Of a stretch of DNA of 64,000 bases, positions 1 through 8,707 are shown one piece after another; the first letter of the stretch is position 1; every line of letters begins with the position of its first letter. Location: assembly GCA_963700145.1 (NCBI GenBank), contig OY969474.1:3392001-3456000 (forward strand), given 5' to 3'. Both the position numbers and the translations under genes were made by a program. The notes beneath the pieces were generated by a model. It did not search any database and was not told the origin of the DNA. It was given only the letters and a program-made list of their open reading frames with translations. Source of the DNA: an uncultured Acidobacteriota bacterium (lineage in GTDB: Bacteria; Acidobacteriota; Thermoanaerobaculia; Multivoradales; UBA5704).

Positions 1-501
1 GTCGGCGACAAGGGCTACCACAGCAACGCCGTACTCACCGGGTACGAGGCCCTGGGCATTCGCACCTACATCTCCGAGCCCAAGCGCGGCCGGCGCAACT
101 GGCGCGGCAAGACGGCGGCGCAGCACGCCACCCACGCCAATCGGCGCCGCGTGCGCGGCGCGCACGGCAAGGCCCTGCTGCGGCGACGCGGCGAGGTCCT
201 CGAACGCAGCTTTGCCCATTGTTACGAAACCGGCGCCTTGCGCCGAGCTCATCTCCGAGGACGGCAGAACCTCGCGAAACGAGTGCTGGTCCATGCGGCG
301 GGCTTCAATCTCGGCCTGGTGATGCGCCGGCGCCTTGGGCGCGGCACGCCACGGGGGCTGCAGGGCGCCATGGGGCGGGCTTCCGCCGCTCTTTGTGACC
401 TCCTGGGCACCCTCGGGCGTGCCCTCCTCGACCTCCGGTTTCAATGGAGCCCGCACATCGTGATCGGTTGGCTCCACGTACCCCGTACGGTCGCGGCCTG
501 A
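1..501 (+). mobile_element. 3' part of a DDE transposase (IS1182/IS5-like), truncated by the window start
   Basis: Frame +1 is open from base 1: VGDKGYHSN...ERSFAHCYETGALRRAHLRG...HAAGFNLGLVMR. The DKGY and ERSFAH motifs are typical of DDE transposase C-termini. Confidence 0.85.
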
Positions 502-537
502 ACCAGGACCGAGGGCACTTCCACCACGGGCTGCTAG
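502..537 (+). mobile_element. Probable right end of the IS with a CTAG target site
   Basis: ...CCACCACGGGCTG|CTAG (CTAG at 534-537). GC content drops and an HD-protein frame (LECLLLVYAAFLHDMGM) begins exactly here. Confidence 0.55.
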
Positions 538-2840
538 AGTGCCTGCTTCTCGTATATGCGGCCTTTCTCCACGACATGGGAATGGTCGTAACAGCTACTG
601 AGCGCAATCGGATCCTGTCCTCTCCTGAGTTCCAGGACAGCATACAAGACTGGCCGGCGCTGGCTACGGCTTATTCTCAGGTGCGTGATCAGCTGAGCAA
701 AGCCAAGGATGCGGATCGTCTTGTCCTTGAGCTCTTCTTATATCAACTCCAGGAGGCAGCGCTGGTCGCATACTTGCGCCCGCTCCATGCGAGTGTGCAG
801 CGCTATAATGAGCTGTGCAGCCAACTTCGCCTCAACTCAAACTACCCGGACCTCTTTAGCTTTCGCGGAGTATCATTCGAAAGTTGGTTGGTCGACATCT
901 GCGCAAGCCACAACCTCGACGCCTCAGTCCTCAGCGAATCTGCGGACGCCTACAACGATCGCTTTCCACGAGACTTGACAATCGCGCACGAGAAGGCAAA
1001 TGTGCAGTTTTGCGCTGCCCTGCTCCGGTTGGCTGACATCTTGGATTTTGACCGAGAACGCACTCCACGGATTCTCTTTGAGAGCCTCGGGATCGCTGAG
1101 AGTGGCTTGCCTGGAGCTGAGGTATCGCTTCAGGAATGGGAAAGACACCTGGCTGTTCACACGCTTGAACTCCGTGAGGACGAACTGCTGGTCAGCGCCG
1201 AGTGCCGTCACCCCGCGATCGAAAAGTCTATTCGCGACTTTTGTTCGCTCATTGAGCGTGAACTTCGCGACACGTTGGCTGTACTAAAGCGAAACCCGCC
1301 CGAGATCCTCAGTCGCTATTCCTTCGAACTTCCGGTGAGTGTCCGTCCACGAATTACCTCCGTGGGGTACTCGTACAAGGACTTAGCTCTACGGCTGAAC
1401 CAGTCTGCTGTCATGTCGCTGTTGATGGGAGACCGACTCTATACACATGCAGGCGTCGCGCTGCGTGAGCTCCTTCAGAACGCTCTGGACGCGTGCGACG
1501 TTCGGCGGCGGCTTCACCATGAGACCAACTACACGCCGTCGATTCAAGTCTTAACAACTGTCGATCGCCTCGGGAGGCTGTGGATCGAGGTAGCAGACAA
1601 TGGTATCGGAATGGACGAGCATGTGTTGAGCGACTATTTTTTGAAGATCGGTGACACGTACTACGATTCTCCCGAGTTCAAACGACAATTCGCGAGGCTA
1701 CAGACGGTCGCGTTGCCATTCCAACCGATATCGCGCTTTGGTATTGGAATCGTGTCTGTCTTTATGCTCGCGGATGTTCTGGAGGTTCAGACGAGTAGTG
1801 CATTTTCGCCGCGCCAGGACACGCGAGGCCGACTCGTTAGAATCGAACGACTTGGTGGCTTAGCCTTTGTGACCGAACAGATGAGGCCAGAGTATGGCAC
1901 CACTATCCGCATTCGACTTCGAAGCGACATTGCCTCTGGATTAGACAGATTTTTCAACGAAGCAACGAACTACCTTCGATGGCTTGTACTACGACCTGCA
2001 TTTCTAATTCAGCTCCAGCTGGGAATAGGAACGCCAATCTTTTATCTCCCGGGAACGGATGGTCTATTCTTTACGGTATCGCGCAAAGGGGTAGAGTTAT
2101 ATGGCCGACGAGGCTATGAGGTGGTCACTATTGAGCTGGAGCGATGGAGCGATCGATTATCGGGCATCGTTATTCTTGTTTTCGCAAAGGATGGGGAAGG
2201 GCGATTGACGACCAAGGAGGGCTCTCGGCGAATCGCTTTTGATCCAAAGGATCCACAGCAGCTGAATCCGTTGACACTTGTTCCTGGATTTCGCGGTAAT
2301 CGGCTTACGGTGAGCGGTTTTCGAGTCAAGACGTTTCGCACGCGCAATTCTTCTCGTTTATGGCCGCAGCCGACGATCGGGTACGCGCTTTGCCTTTCTG
2401 ATTGACGCTGAGGCCGTGGGCAGTAAGGAAGTAGAATTCGATGTCTCGAGGGAGCGACTGACACACAGGGGAGAAGCTTACCTTCGAAGCGAGATCCAAA
2501 CGACCGTTTTGGCTTCCCTCATCGATCTTGGAGTTATGGACCGTTCGACACCGAGGCAAGGCTTTCCCTTTCCCCGACACGGAAGGAAATAGAGGAAGTG
2601 CGGGCCCGCCTTTCGACTTCTGACCGGAGACCGGATGCTCTCCAGGAACTCTTCGCCGCTGTCCTAAGGGCCCTTCCTTCGGGCCCATGGCCAAAGGGCC
2701 TGCATCACCAGATCGCGAGTGAATTGGGCATAAGCAGGAACCTCGTCTCAAAGGTGATTTCCAACTTGCTTGCATCAGGTCTTGCAGTAAAGGCCGAGTC
2801 TGCAGAGACGGATCAGTCGCCAATACTGAACGAAGAATAA
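534..2840 (+). pseudogene. HD-domain (HD-CE-like) + Hsp90-like GHKL ATPase protein with C-terminal wHTH; 5'-interrupted by the IS and carrying two frameshifts
   Basis: HD motifs LHDMGM, CASH, LRLADILD. GHKL motifs LRELLQNALDA, DNGIGM, SRFGIG, GTTI. After about 2340 the plausible protein continues in frame +1 (EFDVSRERL), then returns to frame +3 near 2545 (PWPKGLHHQIASELGISRNLVSKVI, HTH-like). Confidence 0.75.
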
Positions 2841-2872
2841 GAAGGACGCTGTGCAAACGCGAAGGGGCAGAT

Positions 2873-2940
2873 GACGCGCCGCGTTGCGATAAGGGCGGTG
2901 CGCCGCCGGCGGAGGTCAGATCTCCGCCGGCGGCCGTTGT
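2873..2940. repeat. 68-bp conserved hairpin element, copy 1
   Basis: GACGCGCCGCGTTGCGATAAGGGCGGTGCGCCGCCGGCGGAGGTCAGATCTCCGCCGGCGGCCGTTGT matches 40992-41059 at 66/68. It contains the 13-bp stem GCCGCCGGCGGAG/CTCCGCCGGCGGC. Confidence 0.9.
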
Positions 2941-2946
2941 GTCAGG

Positions 2947-3345
2947 TCAGGAGGTGGGCGGCGAGGTCGCCGGCGGCGGCGTGGTGGGCGCCGGGGGCGT
3001 GGTCGGCTCCTCCTTCTTACTCGGGCGGCGGCCGCCGCGGGGCTTGACGAGGAACTCGCGGAGGGTCTGGCTCTTGCCGCCGAACCAGCCGCGCAAGGCG
3101 TCGCGGATCTGGGTGCGCAGCTCGAGGCCGCGGGTTTCCTGCCTGCGCCGGCTGTCGTTGGTCTCCCGCAGGCGCGCGTTGTAGACCTCTTGCTGGGCTT
3201 CCAGCGAGCGGCAGGCGAGGAGCCAGGCTTCGAGGTCGGCCTGGAGGGGTTGGATGTGGGCCGGCAGGTCGGCCAGCTTGGCTTTGAGGTTGACGTTGAG
3301 GGTGTCCATCTCGGTCAGCAGCTCGAGAAACGACTCTCTGGCCAT
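2947..3345 (-). CDS. Small helical/coiled-coil protein with basic Pro-rich tail (132 aa); paralog of 41067-41444
   Basis: SD GAAGGAGAG precedes the ATG at 3345. Shares DLEAW, ARLRETN, ALRGxFGxKSQTLREF and KKEEP with the paralog. Confidence 0.85.
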   Translation of the reverse strand: MARESFLELLTEMDTLNVNLKAKLADLPAHIQPLQADLEAWLLACRSLEAQQEVYNARLRETNDSRRRQETRGLELRTQIRDALRGWFGGKSQTLREFLVKPRGGRRPSKKEEPTTPPAPTTPPPATSPPTS

Positions 3346-3436
3346 GAAGGGCTCTCCTTCGGTTGGTGCGTTGGTGGAAGACGTCGGAACGGCGGGGATC
3401 AGGCGGGGGGGAAACGGGCTTCTGCCGGGGTCAAGC

Positions 3437-3621
3437 GTACTTTCGCCCGGTACGCCCGTACTGTCCCTCGGTACAAGCGTACTTTCGGCCGGTACATGCG
3501 TACCGGTCGACGGTACAAGCGTACTTTCGGGTAGTACATGTGTACTGGCCGGCGGTACAAGCGTACTTTCGGGTAGTACATGCGTACCGGGCTCCGGTAC
3601 GTGCGTACTGTTCAAAAGTAC
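3437..3621. repeat. 21-bp-period array of GTAC-N4-GTAC-N9 (18 GTAC sites)
   Basis: GTAC at 3437, 3450, 3458, 3471, 3479 ... 3597, 3605, 3618, with strictly alternating 13/8 spacing. Confidence 0.95.
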
Positions 3622-3697
3622 GCTTGCCCGGAGCTGCGGGGCGCTTGCCCCGGCGGTCTTCATAGCCGGAACTTGGGCATAAGACTGCCTCCTTTCC

Positions 3698-4105
3698 TCA
3701 GGTTCGGTCGTTCCAGATACCGGTTGCCGCCAGCATGGCGGCGAGCCGGGTGTCGAGATCGGCGAGGGACATGGGGCCGCGGGTGAGGGCTTGGGCGAGC
3801 TCGACGTCGGCGCGGGTGACGGCGCCGACCGCCGGGGTGGTGAGCCGCAGGGTGAGACGCAGGCCGGAGAGCTCGACGCGCAGGTCGCGGCGGTGGGACT
3901 CGGCCGTGAAGACGACGAGCATCGCGGCGAAGACGGCGCTGGGGGCGGTGCCGAGGGTGTAGCGGCCGACGAGCTCGCGGTTGCCGCCTTCGGCCTCCCA
4001 CCCGGGCAGCATGCGCAGGCGCCGTGCGAGCTGCCGCGGGCTGAGCGGCTCGTCCGCCCGCTGGCGCGCCCGCGCGGTCTTTTTCCGTGGGCTGGTCTTC
4101 GTCAT
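3698..4105 (-). CDS. Pterin-4a-carbinolamine dehydratase (PCD/PhhB)-like protein, divergent
   Basis: LPGW...RYTL...LRLTTPAVGAVTRADVELA resembles the PCD fold. The catalytic HHP motif is not evident. SD GGAGG precedes the ATG. Confidence 0.6.
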   Translation of the reverse strand: MTKTSPRKKTARARQRADEPLSPRQLARRLRMLPGWEAEGGNRELVGRYTLGTAPSAVFAAMLVVFTAESHRRDLRVELSGLRLTLRLTTPAVGAVTRADVELAQALTRGPMSLADLDTRLAAMLAATGIWNDRT

Positions 4106-4106
4106 C

Positions 4107-4682
4107 TCAGTCCTCCGTGGCGACGGGAGCGGTTTCGAGCGTGCGCACCAGGGCGAGGGCGGCCTGGGTGAGGCGGCCGAGGCGCACCGCCTCGTCCCGC
4201 TCGCTTTCCTGGACGTGCGCGGGCGGGCGAACAAAGCCGAGGGCGGGCATGGCGTGGCCGGCGCCGGCGAGGCACTCCTTGGCCCGCTGCAGTGCGTCGC
4301 CCGCCGCGTCCCACCGTTGCGTCAACCAGCAGGCGTAGGCGACGAGCCCCAAGGCCCAGCTCTCGAGCTCGGCGACGAGCCGCGGGCGCTCGCGCTCGCG
4401 ATCGACCTGGCCGAGGACCTCGACGGCGAGGAGGGCCAGCTCCTCGCCGAGGCCGGCGGCTACGTCCGCCGCCGGCAGGCTCCACTCGAGGAAGAGGGCC
4501 GCGACGGCGACCGTGCGGAACCGCGCTTCGTCCCGGATGCGCCGCCGGCGCTCCGCCGGGGGGAGCGCCAGGAGCTCGGCGACAGCGAGGTCGGCGGCCT
4601 GCCGCTCCGCCGCGAGCCGCGCGACGGCCTCGGCGCGCGTCGCGGCGAGAGGCGTCCACATCTCGGAGAGCCCGCCGTTCAT
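4107..4682 (-). CDS. Short helical-repeat (TPR-like) protein resembling the N-terminal half of 5779-7035
   Basis: LFLEWS...LALLAVEV...VAELESWALGLVAYA parallels LLLEESW...LLAAFAAMV...LADLQARALADLGNA. Coupled to both flanking genes. Confidence 0.6.
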   Translation of the reverse strand: MNGGLSEMWTPLAATRAEAVARLAAERQAADLAVAELLALPPAERRRRIRDEARFRTVAVAALFLEWSLPAADVAAGLGEELALLAVEVLGQVDRERERPRLVAELESWALGLVAYACWLTQRWDAAGDALQRAKECLAGAGHAMPALGFVRPPAHVQESERDEAVRLGRLTQAALALVRTLETAPVATED

Positions 4683-5143
4683 TCGCCGGCGCTCCCCGGC
4701 GCGGCGCGCCGGAGCTCGTTCTGCGCCGCCCAGACCATGGTCGCGACGGCGGTGAGGATCGGGCCGCGGTGCCCGGGCGGGAGCGCGTCGAGAGACCCGG
4801 CGATCTTGGCGACGTGCGGGTCGGCGATCTCGCCCGGCGCGGCGCCGGCGATGAGGTGGTCGAGGGTGACGGAGAGCCGCTTGCGGAGCTGGAGGAGGGT
4901 GAGGAGCTTCGGGACGTGGATGCCGCGCTCGTAGCGGCTGAGCTGGTCCTGCTCGAGGCCCAGCTCCTCGGCGAGCGCCTTCTGGGTCAGCCCGTGCTCC
5001 TGGCGGAGCTGCGCGACGCGGGCGCCGAAGAGCTGCCGGGCGAGCCGCTCGGCGTCGCCGCGCGGCGTCCCTTCGGGCCGGTCGCCTGGTCTGGCTTTTC
5101 GCAAGATGAGTTCCAGTTTCTGAGACTCAGATTCATAAGTCAA
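4679..5143 (-). CDS. XRE-family HTH transcriptional regulator
   Basis: FGARVAQLRQEHGLTQKALAEELGLEQDQLSRYERGIHVP. Confidence 0.9.
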   Translation of the reverse strand: MTYESESQKLELILRKARPGDRPEGTPRGDAERLARQLFGARVAQLRQEHGLTQKALAEELGLEQDQLSRYERGIHVPKLLTLLQLRKRLSVTLDHLIAGAAPGEIADPHVAKIAGSLDALPPGHRGPILTAVATMVWAAQNELRRAAPGSAGE

Positions 5144-5372
5144 GCCTGGAGCGCAGCCCGCTCCTCATGCGATTTCCGCCGCCGCGGCGCTGCCCGAGGC
5201 GGGGTCTTTCGTCGAATCGCGGGGGTCAGGCCGCGGACCGGCTTACCGTGGTGTCGGGGGCGACACCTGCCGCCGGGCCGCCCGAGGGGGAGGGAAACGG
5301 CGATTTACGCATACGGTGGCAGACTCGAAATGACGCCCTCGGGCGTCGTGACTCCTGAAAGGAGGGAAGGGA

Positions 5373-5660
5373 ATGAACTGGAAGAGCGTTTCTCGCCCGG
5401 CCGCCGTCCTCGCGCTCGCGGTGGTCCTGGCCCTGGCAGTGCCCTCGCCGGCGAGCGCGATCGGTCGGGGCGGTGGGCGGGCGGCGCGGCTGGTGGACGG
5501 GTGGATGGAGGCGGCTTGGGGGTGGGTTGGGGAGTTGCTCGGGGGGCTGACGGCTAGGTGGGGTGCAGGGGGGACCTCGGTCGACCCGAATGGGGGGCTG
5601 ACCAGTCAGTGCGATGCAGGGACCTCAGTCGACCCCAACGGCTGCCCGCACCAGCCGTAG
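5373..5660 (+). CDS. Secreted peptide precursor with two GTSVDPNG repeats
   Basis: SD AGGAGG. Sec signal peptide ending PASA, a Trp-rich linker, and C-terminal GGTSVDPNGG and CDAGTSVDPNGC. Confidence 0.75.
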   Translation: MNWKSVSRPAAVLALAVVLALAVPSPASAIGRGGGRAARLVDGWMEAAWGWVGELLGGLTARWGAGGTSVDPNGGLTSQCDAGTSVDPNGCPHQP

Positions 5661-5778
5661 GCTCAACAGGTGTGCAAGCTCCGACGTAACCGGAGGCGGC
5701 AGCTTGCCGCCTCCGGGGGCCTTGCCGCGGCGGCTGTGTGTCAGAATCCGGCCACTTGCTGAACTGTGGGGGGCGTGG

Positions 5779-7035
5779 ATGGCTTACGGGAACCGAACGG
5801 CAGGGCATCCCGAGCGGTCGGAGCTCGAAGGCTTCCTTCTCGGGAAGCTCGACCGCGCCGGGCGGATGGCCGTTCTCGCCCACCTGGTCCACGGCTGCGC
5901 CGCCTGCCAGCAGACGCTCGCTCCCCTGGCGAGTTTCATGTGGCGGCCCGAGCGCTCGCAGCCTCCGCGTGGTCATTCCGAAGCGGAGTACGACGCCGCG
6001 ATCGAGAAAGCGTTCGCGGCGGCCGGACTCCTGAGCTCCACGGGACACGGAGAGATCTCGTGGGCGCTCTGCGAATTGCTGCTGGAGGAAAGCTGGGCGC
6101 GGCGGCACGACGATGCCGAGGACATGGTCCTTCTCGCAGCCTTTGCGGCCATGGTGGCCCACTCGATCGACCCCTCTACACGCGGCGCAGCCGCCCTCGC
6201 CGACTTGCAGGCGCGCGCCCTCGCTGATCTGGGAAATGCACGACGAGTCGCGAACGACCTGAGTTCTGCAGAAGCCGACCTGCTACGAGCACGCCGGCGT
6301 GCCGAGCAAGGTACGGGTGACCAGCTGCTCCTAGGTCGCTTACTCGAATTGACTGCAGCCGTCCGCATCGACCAGCGCAGATTCGAGGAGGCTGAGACCC
6401 TTCTCGAGGGGGCTCTTGAAGTCTACGAGGCGGAAGATGCGCGTCATTTCGCGGGCAAAGTCCTGACTCAGGCAGCGCATCTTTCGCTAGTGGCTGGAGA
6501 GCCCGAGGAAGCTCTTGGGCCGCTAGCTAGAGCGATTACGCTTCTCGACCCCGTACTCGAGCCAACAGTGCTGCTCGCTGCCGTGCACAACCTGCTCGAC
6601 TGCTTTGTCCACTGTGGGCGGTTCCGCGACGCGGGGAACCTGTTGTGGAGGACCCGCAAGCTATACGCGGCCTTCGGCGGCCGCCTCTATGATTTACGCC
6701 TCTTGTGGATTGAAGGTCGTGTCGCCGCGGGCCTAAGTCACCACGGACGCGCAGAGCGCTGTTTCCGGAAAGCGCGCGGGGGGTTCCTCGACGCGAAGCT
6801 TCCCTACTTTGCCGCACTGGTCGCGACGGACCTCGGCATCCTGCTGCTCGAAAAAGGCCGTGCCGCCGAGGCCCGGGAGCTCATCGAGGAAACCCTCGAG
6901 ACCTTCAACGTCCTCCACATCCGCCGCGAGGCCGTCGGCGCGATGATCCTCCTCAGCGACGCCGTGCAGCAGGAAACGCTTTCCATCGCCGCCTTGCGGC
7001 AGTTGGCGGCGGAGCTCCAGAAGATCGAGAGATAG
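5779..7035 (+). CDS. TPR-repeat protein with N-terminal zf-HC2-like motif
   Basis: HP...HLVHGCAAC followed by multiple TPR-like helices (RFEEAETLLEGAL, PEEALGPLARAI, GRAAEARELIEE). Start placed at the ATG at 5779. Confidence 0.8.
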   Translation: MAYGNRTAGHPERSELEGFLLGKLDRAGRMAVLAHLVHGCAACQQTLAPLASFMWRPERSQPPRGHSEAEYDAAIEKAFAAAGLLSSTGHGEISWALCELLLEESWARRHDDAEDMVLLAAFAAMVAHSIDPSTRGAAALADLQARALADLGNARRVANDLSSAEADLLRARRRAEQGTGDQLLLGRLLELTAAVRIDQRRFEEAETLLEGALEVYEAEDARHFAGKVLTQAAHLSLVAGEPEEALGPLARAITLLDPVLEPTVLLAAVHNLLDCFVHCGRFRDAGNLLWRTRKLYAAFGGRLYDLRLLWIEGRVAAGLSHHGRAERCFRKARGGFLDAKLPYFAALVATDLGILLLEKGRAAEARELIEETLETFNVLHIRREAVGAMILLSDAVQQETLSIAALRQLAAELQKIER

Positions 7036-7044
7036 ACCGAGGGG

Positions 7045-7509
7045 TCAGGAACGCGCCTTCTTGCCGCGCGCCGCCTTCCCGGTCTTCCGCGCTCCGGGCG
7101 CCCCGAGCGCCTTCTTCACCGCCTCCTCCACCACCCGCATCAGCTCCTCGGTGTCCACGGCCGGCGCCGGCGGCTGCTCGGGCCGCGGCCGGGGCACGAT
7201 CCGCAGCGCCTCCAGCCGCCGGGCGAAGTCTTCGGTCGCCGAGACGTCGCCGACCGGCAGGTCGCGGGGGTAGAGGATGTCGAAGAAGAGCGAGGGGTGG
7301 ACGCCGAGGGAGACGAGGAACGCGGTGACGTGGCGCTGCTTGAGCTCCCGCCGCCCGCTGAGCACGGACGCCGTGTATCCTCGCGGCGCCCCCAACCGCT
7401 TGTCCACGTCCTGCCGCGTCAGCCCGCAGGCCGAGATCACCAGCGACAGGAGCTTCCGCGCCCGCTCCGAATCCTCGGCGAGCAGCGTCTCCAGCCTGTC
7501 GTCCGGCAT
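7045..7509 (-). CDS. XRE-like HTH protein with basic C-terminal tail
   Basis: GLTRQDVDKRLGAPRGYTASVLSGRRELK...LGVHPSLFF. Confidence 0.75.
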   Translation of the reverse strand: MPDDRLETLLAEDSERARKLLSLVISACGLTRQDVDKRLGAPRGYTASVLSGRRELKQRHVTAFLVSLGVHPSLFFDILYPRDLPVGDVSATEDFARRLEALRIVPRPRPEQPPAPAVDTEELMRVVEEAVKKALGAPGARKTGKAARGKKARS

Positions 7510-7552
7510 GCCGGCATTGTAGCTTGAGTTGCGGAATACGCACCCGTGCCGC

Positions 7553-8581
7553 TCACCCGCCCCGCGCCGCGAGGCGCTCGAATTCCTCGATCCGCCGCTG
7601 CGCCTGGGGGTAGGGGACGGGGTGGAGCCGACCGTCGGCGTCGACCTGGTGGTGGTAGTGGAGGATCGCCGGGTCGCAGGCCAGGAACTCGGGCGGAGCG
7701 GGGCGGTGGGTCATGTTGAGCTGGTAGTTGAGCCCCACCGGCAGCTCGCGGAAGGGGACCGGACAGAACGCGAAGGCCAGCGCCAGGGTCGCCTGGTGGA
7801 CGTGGTGCTCCGCCCCCTCGAGCAGCTCGAGCTGGTCGAGAGCGCGCGCGTTGAGCTCGCGCCAGACCGGCACGAAGCGCCGCGCCATGGCGGCCGGCAC
7901 GGCGATGACGCCGGCGTTGCAGTAGCGGATCGTCGGCGTGCCGTCGAAGTGGTAGCGGTAGCGGGGGCGGGGGAGGCGCAGGCCGTGGCGCGGGAAGAGG
8001 CGGGCGAAGTGCCCCATCTCGACGGAGGCGACCGGTTCGATCCGCGCCTGGAAGACCCCCCGTCGCAGCTGCGGCAGCGGGTCGCGGACGACGAGGGTGT
8101 CGCAGTCGAGGCAGAGCAGGAGCTCCGCGCCGAGCGCGAGCGCCTCGTCGAAGAAGCCGAACCGGTTGGCGGGGGGGTTGCGCGGATCGAAGCGGGGCAC
8201 GACCCGCACCGCCGCCCCCGCCGCTTCCAGCTCCGCCCGCGCCGCGGCGTCCACCCCCTCCACCACGCAGACCAGCCGGCGCGCCGCGGCGAGCTCGCCG
8301 CCCAGGAGCTCGATCGAGCGCAGGAGCCGCAGCGTCTCGCCGAGGTAGCGCCCGTCGTTCTCCGTCACGCAGCCGACGACGACTTCTTTGGCGCGCGGCG
8401 GCGCGCCCAGGCCGGCGACGGCGGAGCGCGCTGCCGCGGCCATTGCGCGCGCGCCGCGCGCCAGCCGCCAGTACGCCTCGAGCGCCCGCCAGGCGCGCGT
8501 CGCCTCCAGTCGCCGCCGCAGCTCCAGCTCGTGCCGCAGCCGGGCCTGCGTGCGCGCGAACTCGTCGCTCACGCGCCGCAC
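7553..8581 (-). CDS. GT-A fold glycosyltransferase (GT8-like)
   Basis: DxD motif LDCDTLV, NAGVIA, HQATLA, NY...ILHYH. Confidence 0.7.
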   Translation of the reverse strand: MRRVSDEFARTQARLRHELELRRRLEATRAWRALEAYWRLARGARAMAAAARSAVAGLGAPPRAKEVVVGCVTENDGRYLGETLRLLRSIELLGGELAAARRLVCVVEGVDAAARAELEAAGAAVRVVPRFDPRNPPANRFGFFDEALALGAELLLCLDCDTLVVRDPLPQLRRGVFQARIEPVASVEMGHFARLFPRHGLRLPRPRYRYHFDGTPTIRYCNAGVIAVPAAMARRFVPVWRELNARALDQLELLEGAEHHVHQATLALAFAFCPVPFRELPVGLNYQLNMTHRPAPPEFLACDPAILHYHHQVDADGRLHPVPYPQAQRRIEEFERLAARGG

Positions 8582-8707
8582 CCACGCTGCGTCCCCGCGA
8601 CGACGAGGCAGGCCACCGGCCGATCTTACGGCTACACTGCGTCACGTTCGCTCTGCCGCCGCCTATAGAGGGTGCGGCCCTCTGCCGGGCCGCGAAAGGA
8701 GACGCGG

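Noticed and set aside
444-533. ORF-track start of the 653-aa protein
   Set aside because: This stretch lies inside the transposase 3' end and IS terminus, so it is a chance in-frame fusion.
3437-3621. CRISPR array interpretation of the 21-bp arrays (also 41488-42022 and 61418-61742)
   Set aside because: The constant parts are only 4-12 bp and the variable parts 9-15 bp, far below CRISPR repeat and spacer sizes. No cas genes are present in the window.
3346-3663. 106-aa N-terminal extension of the small protein through the array
   Set aside because: A strong SD precedes the ATG at 3345 and the paralog starts at the equivalent Met. Kept only as an alternative hypothesis.
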